Shown here in pieces: positions 24,899 to 36,600 of a stretch of 64,000 bases of DNA. Numbering within the stretch: the stretch's first letter is position 1; each line of letters opens with the position of its first letter. Both the position numbers and the translations under genes were made by a program. Source of the stretch: Lytechinus pictus (lineage: Eukaryota). Under the pieces are notes generated by a model, which did no database searches, was not told the origin of the DNA, and saw nothing but the letters and a program-made list of their open reading frames with translations. The DNA lies in contig NC_087248.1 in NCBI RefSeq assembly GCF_037042905.1, positions 21,886,001 through 21,950,000 on the forward strand. Reading direction: 5' to 3'.

Positions 24899-27800
24899 AT
24901 GGATATGCTGAGTAGCTGGTGGGGCGGAAAGCCAGATAACAAAATATCGGAAAACAAAGTCAGTAATCAAGATGATGGAGGAGGTGAAACTGGACCCAAA
25001 GAAAAAGACCGAAACGAGGACGATACTCCAGCTTTGGAAGACACGGCTCCTCGTATTGCAACGCCAGCAGATACGGGGGAACAAGGGCCAGGTTCCGCTA
25101 ATGAGCCAGAGGAGCACCCGAGTGGCGATGACAACAACGACAAAGAATCGGTCGACACGAAAGCGAATGACGGAACAAAAACTGAAGACAAAGGAACACC
25201 TGCACTTGGTGGCTTGACCAAAATGACAAAAGAAGAAGCAGCTGAGGCTGCAGAGGCAGCATTAAATTCTGCATATAGTTTTGGCAGTGAGTTTGACTGA
25301 GTCCGAGTGAATGATGTGATGTTTACTTTGATGCAGTGATGATCATAAAATTCATAGACAAAAATGACATCCACATGCAAAAACTTTTTGCATTTGGAAT
25401 AGCACGGTTTTGGAATAGCAAAAGACTTTTTGAAAAAGTCTTTTGCTATTCCAAAACAGTGAAGGGCCCCTAAATAATCATTGAAAAATAGTACTATTAC
25501 TTTAGTATACATATTCTCAGATTTAGGCCCTAAACATGAATTTCTTTGAAATTCTGCAAAAATTTCCAGTCACCAGTGCAGTGGCAGTTGACATGCTAGA
25601 CAGGAATAACCGTCGTTTCTGGGGATTTATTCAACAATTTCTGACATTTTACTATAATCCCCATTCCCAACGCAGTTCAGCGGAACAACCAAAATACAGA
25701 GACTGAAGCTTTTGGTCTATTGACATGCCTGACTACCTTACCTTGTTCGTGCAGGCTCCACTTCACTACCACTACACTACGCTCCACCTACCCGAACATC
25801 TAGTCGGTGAACTCGTTCGGATACTCCGAGTGGCAAAGGTGGGAAAAAAAGGGTATTTATTGTAAAAACTTTATGAAAAAAATATATTGAGAAGAAATAA
25901 AAGCTTAATTTCTTACTCTACACCCTTATTTCACTCCGTGTCCATCCTTCGGTTATCCTCAATATTGATTTTGGGCCAGTATCTAATTCCTCACACGTAC
26001 TATCATTCACGGCCGATTTCAAAACATCGCATGCGCGAGGGTCGCGGGTCAAACAGCGCTGCAGCATTAATATTCATATTATATTGGATGGCTTAGAATG
26101 GAATACCAGAAATATTGCACGAATTCCATGAATCAGTGGAATATTTTCCCAAACTCTTGTAATATTTCTGGTATTCAATTCTGAGGCTGAGACATCCAAT
26201 ATAATATAAATATGCTGCAGCGCTGTTTGACCTGCGACCCTCGCCCATGCGATGTTTTTAAATCGGCCGTGAATAATAGTACGTGTGAGGAATTAGATAC
26301 TGGCCCAAAATCACCAAGTTTGAGGATAACCGGAGGATGGACACGGAGTGAAATAAGGGTGTAGAGTAAGAAATTAAGCTTTTATTCCTTCTCGATATAT
26401 TTTTTTCATATAATTTTTACAATAAATATCCTTTTTTTCCCACCTTTGCCACTCGGAGTATCCGAACGAGTTCACCGACTTGATGTTCGGGTAGGTGGAA
26501 TGTAGTGTAGCGGAAGTGGAGTGGAGCATGCACGACCATCACTTGAGGTAATGCATGACATGGTTAAATGATCCATGACCATGTTTAACTTAAAGGTCAA
26601 GTCCATCCCAGAAAAAAGTTGATTTGAATAAATGGAGAAAAATCAAACTATCATAATGCTGAAGATCAAAATTAGTTATATGCACAACTTAAGTGACATG
26701 AAAACGAGAGTCGATGATGTCACTATTTCTTTTGTTTTGTTTTTTATTGTCTGAATTATACAATTTTTCATTTTTTGCAGATTTGGCAACAAGGGCCAAC
26801 TTGACTGACCCATATAGTATTGAAATAATGTTAATTCCACATATGTTCACTGAGGAATTAATCTTTGCTTAATTGTCACAATGAGGTGAAAATTAGAATA
26901 TTCAGTATTTTATATAATAAAATACAAAAGAAATAGTGAGTGGATGATGTCATCAGTCTCCTCATTTGCATACCGACAAGGATGTGCATATAATTGTTTT
27001 GTGAAATTAAGCGAAACTTTAAAATATAGCTTTCTTATTTTACATCCGATTTTGATGAAATTTTCAGTGCTATGCTCGTTGGATTTTTCTCTTTTTATTC
27101 AAATGAACTTTTTGTTAGGGTGGACTTGTCCTTTAAGAATGCCAAAACTCATAAATTGAGAGAAATAGATTCTAGATCTCGAGAAATATTAATATCAGTA
27201 AAGTTAGACAAGAATGAAACGCAGCCAGTCATTTTCAGATTGAAAAAAGTGGTGCCCCATGTCTGCTCACCCATGCCTGAGTTTTAAGTCACATGACCAA
27301 GGTCAAAGGTCATTTAGGGTCAACAAACTTTGGCCATGTTGGAGGTATTTGTTGATTTCCATCATAACTTTGAAAGTTTATGGATCTTGTTCATGAAACT
27401 TGGACATAAGAGTAATCAAGTATCACTGAAGATCCTTTGTGAGTTTCAGGTCACATGACCAAGGTCAAAGGTCATTTAGGGTCAATGAACTTAGATTATT
27501 TTGGGGATATTTGTTGAATTGCCATCTTACCTTTGAACGTTTATAGATCTAGTTAATGAAACTTAGATATAAGAGCAATGAAGTATCAGCAAACATCCTG
27601 TTCAAGGTTCAGGTCACATGACCAAGGTTAAAGGTCAATTAGGGTCATATTGTAGGTATTTGCTGAATTGCCATCATGCATGAAAGTTTATAGATCTAGT
27701 TCATGAAACTTAGACATTAGAGTAATCTAGTATCATTGAACATCCTGCTCGAGATTCAGGTCATATGACTAATGTCAAAGGTCATCTAGGGTCAATCAAT

Positions 27801-30565
27801 ATAGTATTTTATTATCATATGAATTGTATTTTTGTTAAACAACTTTTAATAGTTTGTTTTCAAAGTCAGCACTGTTGCTCTATTGAATGGCGTATTGCAG
27901 GCGAGACTGCCAGAGGCGCTCCACATGTTATGCTTATTTAGCTTATATTCTTTTGCCTTTGTAAGTCAGTGTAAAGTGTTTATTTTGTCACTTCCCTTGT
28001 TTTTATACAGGCTTTTTATTCAAGAAGGTTTCTGATACTGCATCTAAGACAGCTAACATGATCCAGAAGACAGTTGAAGAACAGGTACCTATGCTAACTC
28101 AAACTTTAAGATTAATGAAATGGGCCTATATGATAACGTGGAACTAAACATTTTTTTTTGTGTGTGTGTTTTTAAATCAGGGGCCAGCTCTCCACCAGTT
28201 CGGCTTCTTGTTGGTCCCTGAATTTTGATTTTTATTTCATTTTCAGTTTACTGGAGTCTGCTTAATATGCATATTTTCATTATTTTGTTGACTGAGAAAA
28301 ATAAAAAATGAGAAGGGAATAACATTAAGCTTGAATACTTGAAAGAATGATTAACTGCAAACCTAACCTTGTCAGGTTTCTCTTATACATACAGTGTATT
28401 ATTTGGTTTCCCCTTTCTTGGCAGCGTCAAGGTACTCTCTAAATGCTTTTGTTAGGAATCAATAGGGAACCTGAAGTTAGTATGCTGCCACTCTCTGAAG
28501 TTGAATTCTTGATTCTTCACATCTAGGGGTGATATCCTTGCCCAAATAATACTCTAGAGAAAACTTTTACTGGAAAGTACCTCAGGTGATGGTTCGTGTA
28601 GGCTCCACTACACTTCACTACTGCTACACCCACCCGAACGTATAGCGATAGTGAAGTGTAGTAGAGCCTACACGAACCATCACCTGAGGTAACTGGAAAG
28701 GAATTTGCATGTGTATTTGGAAAGAAATTCCCCATCTAAATTTCCATTTTATACCATTATTTATTTTCGTGCAATGTTTCAGAAAGTTGGCACCAAGTGT
28801 ACAAAATAAACAATATTTGATAATTTTCAAAAGGAAACAGGAACCCAAAAGAGGTCCATGATAGTTGACAAAAGTGAACGGATTTTGATCACATTTTTTA
28901 TTTCAATTTGAATTTTGTCATGTTTCAACAGACGATAGTAGGAGAGTTTACAAGGGAACAGCAGAAGTTTGTAAAGGAGAAGCATTCTAAGAGATCGGAG
29001 GCAGCTGTACCTCCATGGGTTGGGTACAATGAAGAAGAGCAGATGAAAGAACAGATCCTTGCTTTATCACAGGTATGTACATGTAGGAACCTATGTTAAA
29101 GGGGTTGGAAATGTAGGTCAGTCAGCACAAGTAACGCCACCGGGATCTGCAAGCGCAATACGTTATCTCGAATTTGGTTCGGGGCTTTGTTTCACAAAAG
29201 TTTTTATTATAGTAACTTTGCCATTCAATGGTAACTTCCCTGAAAGTCTTGATTCTGATTGGCTGATGAGCATCGTTACCATGGTTGTTACCATTGGATT
29301 GCGAAGTTACTATAATAAAAACTTCTGTGTAATGGGGCCCAGATGAGGGATGAACTACAAGGACTAGATTGTAAAGATTTGTTGTTCTCACTTATTAAAA
29401 AAAGGATTCCAGGCCATTATTTCAAAAGTATGGTATACAAATATACCAGGCTGTGAGTAGGTATAGCAGGTATTTGTCCGAGGTTGGACTGGCATTAGTA
29501 TTTTTCCTGAGGGACGAAGACCCCGAGGGAAAAGTAGTTATTTTTTCAATAAGTTAGAACAATGTCAGATCTTGATAATCTAGTTCTTGTATACGTTCAT
29601 CTTTTTCTAATCTGTAATTATCTGTTCATTTTTTTTTACCTGAACCAAAATATAGATAACGCGCTGCACTGACTAACTTACTTTTCCTGAAGCTACACGT
29701 GCAGCGGATTTGTGCCTGCGCCGAGAGATTGCGCGATGAATAACGACGTCAATGATGGAATAGTGCCTATTCCATCATTGACGTCACGGAATAGTAATTT
29801 TTCTTCGGTGGCGTTTTCATTTTCAACATCATCCCAAAATAGTGAGAATATGTTTGGTTGCATGATGCTATTAAAACCAATCAGCATACATGATTTAATT
29901 TACGTAGGATATAAAGATAATTATTCATCCTCGGTTGTACTGTCAATATTACAAATAGTAATTGCCAGTCCAACCTCGAAAAAAAAATTCCTGCTAACTT
30001 CCTCAAAGCCTGGTATATATATTATTTTGATCGTAAATTGTGAATTCACCAGTAGGTGTATAGTTCAAAGTTAACTATAAATATTAAAAATCTGTGTGCA
30101 CTCGAGGGGCTTATATGGTAATATGTGTTAAGTTTTATTAACTATTTTTCTATAAAAAGCCACCAATACCACACTTGATCATCTAGAAGGCTAATATGGA
30201 CTAGCAGTCAAACAAGAATATCATCTCAGTGAATTTCCTGGCCTCAACTATATATATATAATATATATATATGCGTAAATAAATCAAGCATTAACGCTAG
30301 ACGTAGCTTCCAAGTATCTCTTTTATTGCGAGCTTTCGGCCAGTGGGGCCTTCATCAGGCCTATAATGCATTGAAACAAACAAAATAGAACAAAACCATA
30401 CAAATAAAATAACAAAGTAAATAATGTGTAACAAAGGGTACAGAACAGAAGGATTACACTAAGATAACAAAATATAACACGTTGTGCAAAGGGCCCTCTT
30501 CCTTTATAATATATATATATATATATATATAACTAAGTACAATGCATTACCACTTTGCCTCATTA

Positions 30566-30612
<47 letters not shown>

Positions 30613-33600
30613 AGGCCAGGAAATTCAAAGAAAAATTTGATATCAAACAAATGAGTTGTCATGCCCCATCATCACATTGCTTTGTCATTAGGAGCTGAAA
30701 AATATTTGTGTCATTTTTTTCCCCCTAAAATCTTCATATTTTAGACAAATCTAAAATAAAAAGTTGACAAAAACATTTCATATTTGTGCTAGTTTCTTCT
30801 AAACACAAACATTCCAGATTACACTTTTTTGTTCAGTGGTGACATATCATGATAAGAAACGTAATATTAATCATAGATTTGACACTTATATTTTTGTATG
30901 AATAATGAAACGATGTTTGAAAATATAACAAACAACAGAATACATTTGGCACAAATATTTTTTTCTTCAAAGAAAATTCCACCTGAAATATACTTTAATC
31001 TCAATGGCATTCCAATCATGTGAAGGAGCAAGATACGCTTTTTCATTTGATACTAAATTCATCATGGTAATATGTATATTTCTGAAAATATAGTATTATT
31101 TTACAATGTTTTGCTAGCGAACAAATTTCACTGAATTCCATGGGTGTATGTAAACTTTTAGCCTCAACTGTATATTTCATGTATATTCTCATAATGTTTC
31201 TAACTTTCAATAATTGACATAGATGTAATTCAATCTTGCTTCATATACATGTAAGAGAGCACTTCTGTTCTCTAATTGTTTTAAAATGGCATTCGATATA
31301 TATATTTTTTCTTTTTCTTCTTTCTTGCTCTTCTCATATTGTTTCCTTGTCTGTATTTTCTAGGACAAGAGGAATTTCATGAGGAATCCTCCGGCTGGCG
31401 TCCAGTTCCATTTTGACTACAATACCATCCATCCTATCGCCATGGCAACCCTACAAGAGGATCCTAATCTCCAAAAGATGAGATTTGCTCTGGTTCCAAA
31501 GAAGTAAGTTTGTCATATCTGTTCAACTGTATAGACAGTAGGTATTTATTATTGATTTACATCACTAATAGCTCCAAGCCGAAGAGACGCACTGGGAAAG
31601 GATGGGCCTATCCTTTGGTACATTGGCTTAAAAGAGGTGTGACTGGATTCATTTTTTTTTTTTGGGGGGGGGGGGCTTTCATGTATTCATACATATAGTA
31701 TGAGAAGTGGAATAAAGTATAGAAAGTGTAATAAGTGAATTGAAATATAGATAAAGTATGAAAATGATTGAAAAGAAACGTGATGAAATAGGTATTTAAA
31801 AGAAGTGAAAAATTATAACAAAGTAAAAAGTATGAATAGTGACATTAGGTATTAAATACAAAAAGTATGTAATTGAACTAAGCTTGAATCTTCATATATA
31901 GATTTACTTTAAAAAAATTTAGAGGCTTTAAGCTCGTGTAATGGTTGGGTATGTCAACATGTCTGCATGAATGGTAATGTGGCATACTCAAATGGTGAGT
32001 ACTCACTAGATTTTAAAGACAGAATATTTTGGGGGTATCAAATTATTGTTTCATGACACTTTGTCTATTCTTGGTCAAAAAGTGCTGTTATCAAATCAAA
32101 ATATATCATAATGGTCATTTATCTCCTTTAAAAGCCAATGGTCCTTTGAATTACTTTATTTGCAGGATAACGGAAGAGAACTTCTGGAGGAATTACTTCT
32201 ACCGTGTTTCGCTTATCAAGCAGTCTTCACAGCTAACATCATTAGCATCAAAATCAGGTGAGTTGGAGAAACTCATATTTTGGTCCTTGCTCTTATTATA
32301 AAATGCATTAATGGGAAGTCCATAGCAGTCTCATCAAGGAATATCAGTTTGGTCAAAGTCTTTGTTCACAATCAAAGGATTTTCTCTAATATACCCATGT
32401 AAATTCCACTATATTTGCTGATACAGGTTTAGAGAAAATGGCACCAAAATTGTGAAACAACCTTCACCTTGATATCAGACCAATTATAGAATTTTACAGG
32501 TTTTATTGATTATAGATGTCTGTATGTGAACTGCAGGATATGTAATTTTTGTCTCAAGATTTGGTGAATAAAGAAGGCATTTTTGTAAGTAGTGTATTTA
32601 TTTTTTAAAGATGACAAAAATAATCAGAATCAGTAAAGTAGAAAGAAGTACTGATTTTGATGTATGGGGATTACCGCAGCAAGTAAAAAATATTGAGTTA
32701 GTTTATATTATTGTTTTTAACTATGATAACATTGTCTGAACTATGTGTAGGTTAGTATACAAATATACCAGGCTTTGAGTAAGTATAGCGGGAGTTATTC
32801 ATCCGATGTTGGACTGGCATTACAATTTTTCCCTGAGGCCCCAAGGGAAAAATAATGATTTTGCCAGTACAAATGAGGATTAATATTTCCCTCTATACTT
32901 TCAAAATAAAAGCCTGGTATATTTTTTTTGGTATCATATTTTAAGAAGTTAGAGCAATAGATCTTGATAATCTAATTCTTGTACTCGTATCCTTTTTAAA
33001 ATCTGAACCAAGATAACGCGCTGACTGACCTACTTTTCCTGAAGCCACGCGCTCAGCGCGCGGAACGCGTATTAGTGCTTGCGCCGTCATGATCTGTGAC
33101 GTCAATGATGGAATAGTGCACTATTCCATCATAGACGTCACGGAATAGCAATTTTTCTTCAGTGGGCGTTTCATTTTCAACATCATCACAAAATAGAATA
33201 TGTTTGGTCACATGATGCTATTTAAACCAATCAGCATACATGATTTAATTTATGTAGGATATAATATTATTTTTGGGGGGCTAACCTCGAATAGCATGTT
33301 GTTATTATAGCTCCAATTACCATTTTGTTTTTGTATGTGATGTCATGTTTCATCTACAAACATACTGTACTTGACTGAGATTTGGTGATAAATTTAATTT
33401 TATTTTAATTCAATGTTTCTTTTTAAGGCGATGAAAGGAGAAAAAGTAACGGGACTGGTTCTGCTTCACATTCATCAGATGAAGGTTCATCGCTAAAAGG
33501 TGGTAAGTCATAACTTTTATTTACATCACATGCAGAACGGAATAAAGATGTGTTCTAGCTTTGGAAAATCTAGTATGAATATGTGTATAATACGAAATTC

Positions 33601-36600
33601 TGGCATTTGTAAATTTGAATTTTATGTGTTTTTTTAGGAATAAACATTGAAGATGTAACTTCTGAAGGTTTCCATGGCGAAGAAGAGTGCAGTGTGTTTC
33701 ATGGAACACCATAATCTTTTGTAGGCATACATGTATGTTGGTCCTGAAAAGGACCACTTAAACTCAACGTTTTGACAAGTGTGTGATAATGGAGACTGGA
33801 GTGCCAACTGGCAAAAGAAATCATTCAGTCAGTTTTCATTTCTAGGGAAGCACACGTAATAAGTCGAAGTAAACCTCTAGAAACAGTGCTGTATTAATTC
33901 ATCTGATGATATTATAATTATTATCATATTATGTATTTTCATCTTTCAGACAAGACTCCTCCTATTGATGTGAAGGGCGCCCCCAGTGCTCCTGCCAAAC
34001 CCACCAAGTCCGAAGAAGATCAGCTGGATATGGAAACGCCCGACAGTCCGCCAGGGTCAGAGTTCATCAGCGATGCTTTCAACTCTGAATTGGATGAAGA
34101 TGATCTGATGAAGGGCATGGAACAGCTTGGAATGGACAAAAAAGGTCTGTACATTGTACCCTTCCCTCTACCCCCACCCCCCAAAAAAAAAAAAAAAGCG
34201 AGAGAAAACAAAAAGAAAATTTGATTTTGATTAGGCTTGAGTCATCTTTATCATCTCACTGTTTATTTTGAAAAACGTTTATCTGCTTTTTGTAAACGGA
34301 TGGTTGTGGTTAACTGAGGGGGGGTGGCTTCTCCCAAAGTTGCTTAAATCGCACATCGCCACATCCCCAAAATGCCCATCTGTTTTCCATATCATTGAGA
34401 GTATTTTTATTTAGTTGGAAACTACCAGAAAAATGAGGAATACATGTATTTCATTCTCTTTGTCTTGATTCAAGAAGATTGATTGATTTATGGAAATTTC
34501 AGTTGATCGTTGACTTCTAACATTGTATATGGGTCTTGATTGAGACAAGGTCTCATTATGGCAATGTCAACCAAAATTTGTATCAACTATCTTCATACTT
34601 ACAAAAATATGTGTTGATAATACACAAATAAATTCCAGTTGTGGGAATGATCTCAAAATGACTTTTTACAGAATTTAATATAATGATCACCAAAGTGTCT
34701 GTTTGTATGAATAAAAAATATGTGCCAAAGGATTCTGGAAGAAATTGTGTAATTGCTGAGAAATAAGCAAAATAAGCGCGGATTCGGTCACTTCCGTCGG
34801 GTCTTTATTCCAGCAATAATAATACACTGTCCCACGTGTGCCTATCTGCGTTGGCGATCTTCAGTGTGATCGTTTTTTAGCTAGATATTGTGATTTCACA
34901 AAGTTCAGTTTATGTAACTGTACCAGATCTAGATCCACGATGATATATCAGTACTTTACCTTGGTTTTACAGACTTTCTCACGAAATCAGTGTTTTACTG
35001 CAACTACGTTCATTTAGCTTTAAACTTTAACTTTTGAAGGTTTCTGTGGCGAAGGAGAATAGTGTAGTAGGTTTCACGGTACACCATGCATCTTTCATGG
35101 CAATTGATGGTCCTGAAAAGGACCAGCCAGACTCTAGTTTGGGTGGTCCTTTTCAGGACCAACAATTGCCCACGAAAGAGACATGTAATAATAATACCGA
35201 TAATAACCTAGTCTGATATAGCGTTTTTCATGAAATCTATATCAAAGCGCTTAACAATGTAGAACATTTGAAATATACAAACAAAAGTGAATTAGAAATT
35301 ATATAACAAAAAATTAAAAATATTGGAGCAAATGTAATTGGGCTGTGTTGAATATGAACATGGTGTATCGTGAAACCTAACTACACAACACTTTACATAT
35401 AAGAATTTGAACTATTTTCAAACAATATCAATTATTTTGCTAGTTACATTGATTTGTCATGTAACTTTCTCTATTTTTAATTCATTCTAACCTCAGGTGA
35501 AGAGGGAGGAGAAGAAGAAGTTCCGGAATGGGAAAAAGAACTTCAGCAAGAGCTTCAGGTAAATTGATGTTAAAATTATGAACACTGAGGGATATCGTTA
35601 ACACTTTACTGCCCTCCTTTGACAAAATGAAGAAAGTAACATTAAAAATTTCCTATAAAAGAATAAAATGTATCTGTCATTTATGTAGACACCAATACAT
35701 GAGCATGATTGTTGACTAATCATATTTTATTAAAAACAGTGCTTTTGTATGAACTTTGTCTTAGAAGAAGAAATAAATTTGTGTAATGTAAACACATAAA
35801 AAAACTCATTTGGGGGTGAAATGTTACATCCATTTGTCAAAGAGGGCAGTATTGCACAAGATGATCTACATGTAAGCGATGTTGTTGGACTACTGATTAG
35901 AGTAGTCTGGCTGGAAACCAGGCGCAGATTCAGGACCCTTTTTTTTGGTGGGGGGCCTTGTCAAATATTTGGAACAAAACGTGCCCCCTCAGAAAAATCT
36001 TGGAGTCACGCCTGGAAACAGTAGAAATTGTTGCACAAGGTTAGTGGTGTAGTTCAAAGCAGTCACAGTAACAGACATAGATAATAATTTAGGTGACATA
36101 AGCCTTTTGGCAGAGCCTCAGTTTGTTTCCAGTGGCTGAAACAAAACTAGCTGGGAATAAAGAGAGAAAATGAGAGACTGTGTGATCAAGAAACTTCAGT
36201 GATCAGGCCTTTTGTTTCCTGTTTAAGATGCATTAAATGAATTATTAATGAGTATGCAAAAAAAACCAGCTTTGACCAATCCACACTGTCGATGCTAATA
36301 TGCATAGTGTGAGTAACTATGTGGATGGGTGTGGGTGTTATACATACATATATAATCTTGCTCTATGTGCCAGTGATACAAGCATAATGGTGATTTCAAT
36401 TTCGGTGTTGGAAGCACAATTTTGATTGTGTTTCATGGCTCCAAAACCTATTCTAAGTTTACACAAATCATAATATTGACAGCTCAACACCTAGTGAGTG
36501 ACTTTTCAGCACCATCTTTAATTCTTAATTTTATGTTTGGTGTTATACTCATGTAAAAATTGACCTGACACCAACACCATAAGGTCAACTTTAAATTGAA

